Positions 61,801 through 62,296 of a stretch of 62,296 nucleotides of DNA are shown here, piece by piece. Numbering within the stretch: position 1 is the first letter of the stretch; every line of letters starts with the position of its first letter. The position numbers and the translations under genes are program-made. The DNA comes from Tubiluchus corallicola (Eukaryota; Animalia; Priapulida): NCBI GenBank assembly GCA_030141605.1, contig JAQGDQ010000455.1, positions 1-62,296 of the forward strand, read 5' to 3'. Below the pieces are notes generated by a model. The model saw nothing but the letters and a program-made list of their open reading frames with translations. It had not been told where the DNA came from and made no database searches.

Positions 61801-61871
61801 CTCAACGTGAAGAAGAGATGAGACTGCAAAAAGATTCTGAGCAGTCTGCAATAAAAGAAAAGGAGTTATTG
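58849..61871 (+). CDS. CFAP53: Cilia- and flagella-associated protein 53-like (CCDC11/trichoplein-type coiled coil), partial: first exon not located and gene continues past the window
   Basis: Exons 58849-59078, 59343-59519, 60949-61105 and 61725-61871 splice in phase: ...KQRAEWE...LETRKMKLRMLLADEE...RMQARVDELKKKREREQNEFIEERLERQRRDQCHELR...VCAQREEQL. This follows the CFAP53 pattern (AEW; R.KLR.LL..EE; C.ELR; VC..R..Q). Confidence 0.72.
59948..60190. repeat. Dispersed repeat, copy 2 (in a CFAP53-like intron)
   Basis: Diverged direct copy of 54090-54330. Confidence 0.85.
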
Positions 61872-62296
61872 GTATGTATAGCAATAGCAAGTTTACAAAA
61901 GTAACTTGGTTGTGTATGTGATGGCATAGCGTGTGCAGTATTGATTTTTCTTTTGGTCTGTGCATCAAAGACAGCAGAGCAAGCACAGTTTGTTAACTCT
62001 AAAAGCTCTGAAGAATTTCATCGAGTTGCACAATTGCTTTGCTTTCTGAATGCTAGAATTTAACTTGTGTATAAAATTCCACATTGTTAAACTGAATGTT
62101 TGTTTATTTGTTAGTAATTTGGCAATAAGCATTTGTGTTTTGTTTACTGAGCATGTGCGCCAATTAATGCTGTTTTAATTTAAATTTCTAGTTCTTATAG
62201 TATGATGTGTACACTTGTTCACAATGATCATTAGTGCCAGCAGTGCAAGTGACTGTGTTTTCTTGGAAGTAAATAAACAAAATCGGCTCTTAGTTA

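Overview
AT-rich, intron-rich eukaryotic (invertebrate animal) genomic DNA, not prokaryotic. Most short ORFs in the track are exon fragments or noise. Six protein genes can be built by hand from GT-AG splice sites: a single-exon GT31 beta-1,3-galactosyltransferase (+), INTS11/CPSF3L (+, 14 coding exons, ~595 aa), intronless MRTO4 (-), intronless CCDC115/VMA22 (+), GIGYF1/2 (-, 25 coding exons, ~1243 aa) and a partial CFAP53-like gene (+) that runs off the right edge. Non-coding DNA holds decayed RTE, CR1 and L2-type LINE pieces, several MITEs (pogo/Tc1-like, hAT-like, and a two-copy TGT...ACA family), microsatellites and minisatellites. The most unusual structures are: (1) a ~0.9 kb near-perfect inverted duplication at the window start, which may be an assembly artefact; (2) an inverted pair of degenerate hammerhead-ribozyme cores beside a ~270 bp foldback in the last GIGYF intron; (3) a TGT...ACA element whose removal restores the reading frame of an RTE LINE. 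I found no convincing wholly new multi-gene system. Coordinates were counted by eye and repeat boundaries are approximate.
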